A stretch of 32,000 bases of DNA, taken from assembly GCA_024277355.1 (NCBI GenBank), contig JAJRVL010000005.1, positions 60,001 through 92,000 of the forward strand. The letters are read 5' to 3'. The translations under genes and the position numbers were made by a program. Below are positions 29,039 through 32,000 of the stretch, piece after piece. The notes beneath the pieces are model-generated. The model was not told the DNA's origin and made no database searches. It saw nothing but the letters and a program-made list of their open reading frames with translations. Source of the DNA: an archaeon. GTDB lineage: Archaea; Iainarchaeota; Iainarchaeia; Iainarchaeales; 1-14-0-10-31-34. How positions within the stretch are numbered: position 1 is the first letter of the stretch; every line of letters begins with the position of its first letter.

Positions 29039-29611
29039 TCAGATTACTTTAATCAATTCAAATAAGTAAATGATTATTCCTACTAGTATTCCTGCACCGA
29101 TCATTTCTATTCCATGAATTATGTGTTTTTCTTTTGCTATTTCTCCAATAAAATAACCTAAAGCAAATAATGCAATTATAATTAATCCAATGGAAGAATA
29201 ATATGCAGTCATTTTGTCAATTAAATTTAGTTGAGCTAAAAAAAACGGGATAATTAAAATAAATGAAACAATAGTTGAACTTAAACCATTAGCTAAACCC
29301 ATTGCTAAACTCATTTTTTTGTATTGTGTTTCAATTTGAGTTTTACTTAAATCTCTAAGCAAATGTTTTTCTAATTCTTTTAAATTTCTTTTTCGTTCAG
29401 CTTTTTCTGCAGAATAACCGCCCCAGATTCCTGAAACGCCTGTTGCAATAATCACTCCAATAGAAGAAATAATAACAATTCTTGATTCCATTGCTCCTGC
29501 AACTAACATTGCAATAACTATTCCTAAAATAGTTAATACTCCGTCAAAAGAATTCATTACAATATAACGCCTAATTATATCGTTTTTTTTAATTAATTCC
29601 AGGAAAATCAT
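29039..29611 (-). CDS. VIT1/CCC1-like (VIT family) membrane protein, a putative Fe/Mn transporter
   Basis: The 190-aa ORF contains MNSFDGVLTILGIVIAMLVAG, resembling the VIT-family (F/S)-x-DG-(L/V)-x-T-x-LG-x-V-x-G motif. A central charged helix (EKAERKRNLKELEKHLLRDL) and C-terminal TM helices follow. This call comes from motif memory only. Confidence 0.55.
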   Translation of the reverse strand: MIFLELIKKNDIIRRYIVMNSFDGVLTILGIVIAMLVAGAMESRIVIISSIGVIIATGVSGIWGGYSAEKAERKRNLKELEKHLLRDLSKTQIETQYKKMSLAMGLANGLSSTIVSFILIIPFFLAQLNLIDKMTAYYSSIGLIIIALFALGYFIGEIAKEKHIIHGIEMIGAGILVGIIIYLFELIKVI

Positions 29612-29627
29612 TTTTTTTCACTCAGAA

Positions 29628-29951
29628 TTATTTTGTTATTTCCTGTGTATTAACTTTTGGGACGTCAATTACTTTTTTCTTTCCAACAATTACTTTGTCT
29701 ATTGAATGAATTACTGCGCCGTAAGTGTCAATTATTTTCTGGACTTCATCAAAGTCAATGTTGTCTCCTTCTAATGCTGCCTTAATTGATTCAGTTTTTT
29801 CATCTATTGCATAAACTGTAATATTTGCAGTCTGAACTGACTTAACTTTGCATAACGCCTGTCCTAATTCAACTATTGTTGGTTTATGAGGTTTTAGTAC
29901 GTCAACTTCCACTACTTTGATTTTTTGTTTAGCTGATTCTTTTTCTGTCAT
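29628..29951 (-). CDS. DUF211/COG1888-family protein (archaeal conserved, function unknown)
   Basis: VVEVDVLKPHKPTIVELGQAL...V..ANITVYAIDEKTESIKAALEG.NIDFDEVQKIIDTYGAVIHSIDKV matches my memory of the DUF211 consensus (LDVLKPH.P...ELA...I.V.E.D..TE...I.IEG..ID...I...IE..G..IHSIDEV). The start is the ATG at 29949-29951. Confidence 0.65.
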   Translation of the reverse strand: MTEKESAKQKIKVVEVDVLKPHKPTIVELGQALCKVKSVQTANITVYAIDEKTESIKAALEGDNIDFDEVQKIIDTYGAVIHSIDKVIVGKKKVIDVPKVNTQEITK

Positions 29952-30002
29952 CAAATAATAACACTGTTGAACTTAAAAAAACTTTTCTTTTCTTTTTTTC
30001 TT

Positions 30003-31067
30003 ATGAATAAAATAAAAATAGACTTAGTTTTTCTTCCTTCAGAAGCAACAGGTCAAACAATTTATTCAGAAAACCTTTCAAAAAAATTAACTAATTTAAC
30101 TGACTTGAAATTAATCAACCCAAATGAAATTTTTTTATTTAAATTAACCAACCATTTCAATAATTCTTTAGCATTAAAACTGCTTCCTTTTTTAATTCAA
30201 AACAAAATCAGAAAACAAAGTGTTGTCCATATTACAAACCAAGAACTTTTTTTTCTTATTCCTTCAATTAAAAACAAATTAATTATTACTTTATGTGATT
30301 TAAGTTTGTATTCTTATTACAAAATCTGGAAAAAAAAAGATGTTTTCTTGTTTGATAAAGCAGAAAAAATAATCTGTATTTCTAATTCAACTAAAAATGA
30401 ACTACTGAAAAAATTTTCTTTATTTGAAAAAAAAGCTGAAGTAATTTATTTAGCATCAGAAGAAATAAAGAAAAGCAGCAAGGATGTAAGAAAAAAATAC
30501 AATTTAGGAAAAAACAAAATCATTTTGTTTGTTGGAAGCGATGACCCTAAAAAAAACTTTTCTTTTTTGCTAAAAGCTTTTTCTGAATTAAAAAAAGAAA
30601 ATTTAGTTTTAGTTAAAGCAGGAATTCCCTGGAGTACGCAAAAAAATCAAAGAAAAAAATTTAAAGAATTTATTGAAAAAAACAACCTGCAAAACAAAGT
30701 GAAGTTTTTGGATTTAATTCCAAGACAGGATTTAATTAACCTTTACTTTGAATCTTTTGTTTATGTCTGCCCTTCATACTACGAAGGTTTTGGATTGACT
30801 TTACTTGAAGCAATGTCTGCTGGAATTCCGGTTATTTCAGCTAATAACACTTCTTTGCCTGAAGTTGCAGGAAATTCAGGTTTATTTTTTAATGCAGACA
30901 ACTATAAAGAATTAAAAGGAGAATTAGAATTAATTTTATCAAAAGAAAAATTAAGAAAAGATTTAATTCAAAAAGGATTTCAAAACATTAAAAGATTTAA
31001 CTGGAATAAAACTGCAAAAGAAACTTTTGAAGTTTATAGAGATGTGTTAAATGAAAATAAAAATTAA
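30003..31067 (+). CDS. Glycosyltransferase, GT4 family (GT-B fold)
   Basis: The C-terminal donor-binding signature is present: VCPSYYEGFGLTLLEAMSAGIPVISANNTSLPEVAG. I placed the start at the ATG at 30003 (MNKIKIDLVFL...) rather than the TTG at 29967 used by the track. Confidence 0.85.
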   Translation: MNKIKIDLVFLPSEATGQTIYSENLSKKLTNLTDLKLINPNEIFLFKLTNHFNNSLALKLLPFLIQNKIRKQSVVHITNQELFFLIPSIKNKLIITLCDLSLYSYYKIWKKKDVFLFDKAEKIICISNSTKNELLKKFSLFEKKAEVIYLASEEIKKSSKDVRKKYNLGKNKIILFVGSDDPKKNFSFLLKAFSELKKENLVLVKAGIPWSTQKNQRKKFKEFIEKNNLQNKVKFLDLIPRQDLINLYFESFVYVCPSYYEGFGLTLLEAMSAGIPVISANNTSLPEVAGNSGLFFNADNYKELKGELELILSKEKLRKDLIQKGFQNIKRFNWNKTAKETFEVYRDVLNENKN

Positions 31068-31728
31068 TGAAATGTTTTATGATGTTTTGCAAAGATTAGG
31101 GCGGAAAATAAAACCACCTGAATTTATCAGACAACATAATGAGTTCATTGAATTATTTAATAAAATTAAATCTAATGCGTTATTAAGTATTGAAAGAGCT
31201 TTTTTTTTGTTTCAGTTTTCAAAACAAGTTTCAACTTTGCAGGGAGAAGTAGCTGAAATAGGAGTTTACAGAGGAGGCGGAGCAAGAATTTTAGCTGAAG
31301 TTTTTAAGTCAAAGCAAATTCATTTATTTGATACTTTTGAAGGCATGCCTGAAGTAGATAAAAAAGAAGATAATACTGAATACCAAAAAAAAGGATTATA
31401 TAATGATACAAGTTTAAGTTTAGTTAAAAATTTTTTAAGTGAATTCAATAACATTAAATTCTATAAAGGCCTATTTCCTGAAACAGCTGATTCAGTAAAA
31501 AACAAAAAATTTTGTTTTGTTCATATTGACACAGACATTTATCAAAGCACTAAAGCCTGTTTAGAATTCTTTTATCCTAAAATGGTTTTAGGAGGAGTAA
31601 TAATTTGTGATGACTTTAAATCTCCTGAATGCAAAGGAGTAGAAAAAGCAGTTGAAGATTTTCTAAAAAACAAAAAAGAATTTCCAATTAATACTACTCA
31701 ATTTCAATGTGCAATAATTAAATTATAA
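31051..31728 (+). CDS. Class I SAM-dependent O-methyltransferase, TylF/MycF-like
   Basis: GEVAEIGVYRGGGARILAE is the glycine-rich SAM loop. LFDTFEGMPE and VHIDTDIYQSTKACLEFFYPKMVLGGVIICDD are typical of TylF-family sugar O-methyltransferases. The gene overlaps the GT4 gene by 17 nt. Confidence 0.75.
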   Translation: MKIKINEMFYDVLQRLGRKIKPPEFIRQHNEFIELFNKIKSNALLSIERAFFLFQFSKQVSTLQGEVAEIGVYRGGGARILAEVFKSKQIHLFDTFEGMPEVDKKEDNTEYQKKGLYNDTSLSLVKNFLSEFNNIKFYKGLFPETADSVKNKKFCFVHIDTDIYQSTKACLEFFYPKMVLGGVIICDDFKSPECKGVEKAVEDFLKNKKEFPINTTQFQCAIIKL

Positions 31729-31757
31729 AAAAAGAAAAAGAAGAAAATTGCTGTATA

Positions 31758-32000
31758 TTATCTTTCATAATTGTTTTCTTTTGTTTCTGCAATAACTAAT
31801 TTTTTTATCAGGCTTAAGTCATTTAAAGAGTTAGCTAAAATTTTGTTGTTTGAAATTGTATATAATACATCTTCAATAAACAAACTTCTTTTGACTTCGT
31901 TTCCTCCTGAATAATAATAGTAACCTGATTTTTTTGCTGCTTGATTGTCATCTTCATGAGTTATTGTTCCTTTTAATTCAAATCCATTTTCTAAAGACAA
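31758..32000 (-). CDS. C-terminal fragment of a probable secreted beta-propeller-domain protein (COG4880-like); gene runs off the window end
   Basis: ...YYYYSGGNEVKRSLFIEDVLYTISNNKILANSLNDLSLIKKLVI resembles the C-terminal R-S-L-Y-I-x-D-x-LYT-(I/V)-S...I.A..L.DL ending I recall for archaeal beta-propeller-domain secreted proteins. Only about 80 aa are visible. Confidence 0.4.
   Translation of the reverse strand: MSLENGFELKGTITHEDDNQAAKKSGYYYYSGGNEVKRSLFIEDVLYTISNNKILANSLNDLSLIKKLVIAETKENNYER

Overview
This is an AT-rich, tightly packed archaeal window. Split RpoB, Shine-Dalgarno use, TTG starts and lysine-rich proteins suggest a small-genome, DPANN-like archaeon, but that is inference only. 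Positions 1-20085 are almost entirely the conserved minus-strand information-processing supercluster: rpoH, rpoB'', rpoB', rpoA', rpoA'', rpl30e, nusA, rps12, rps7, fusA, tuf, rps10, archease, rtcB, rpl3 and rpl4 (partial). Two non-canonical insertions interrupt it. One is a 245-aa basic orphan on the opposite strand between fusA and tuf. The other is an 855-aa repeat-containing surface protein between rtcB and rpl3. Positions 20306-32000 are accessory. They hold an RbkR-like wHTH/riboflavin-kinase fusion, then a minus-strand string of envelope genes: a K/E-rich repeat protein, a lipoprotein-like membrane protein, a tandemly duplicated cassette of tiny membrane proteins (two of its sORFs fall below the ORF-track cutoff), uppP, a RelE/ParE-RHH toxin-antitoxin pair, and a MATE transporter broken by one in-frame TGA. 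After that come a two-subunit 2-oxoacid:ferredoxin oxidoreductase, a DUF211 + VIT-like pair, a GT4 glycosyltransferase overlapping a TylF-type methyltransferase, and the C-terminus of a probable beta-propeller secreted protein. I saw no rRNA, tRNA, CRISPR array, transposase or intein. The best candidate for something undescribed is the duplicated small-membrane-protein cassette next to uppP. All functional calls rest on my own motif recognition, without database searches.
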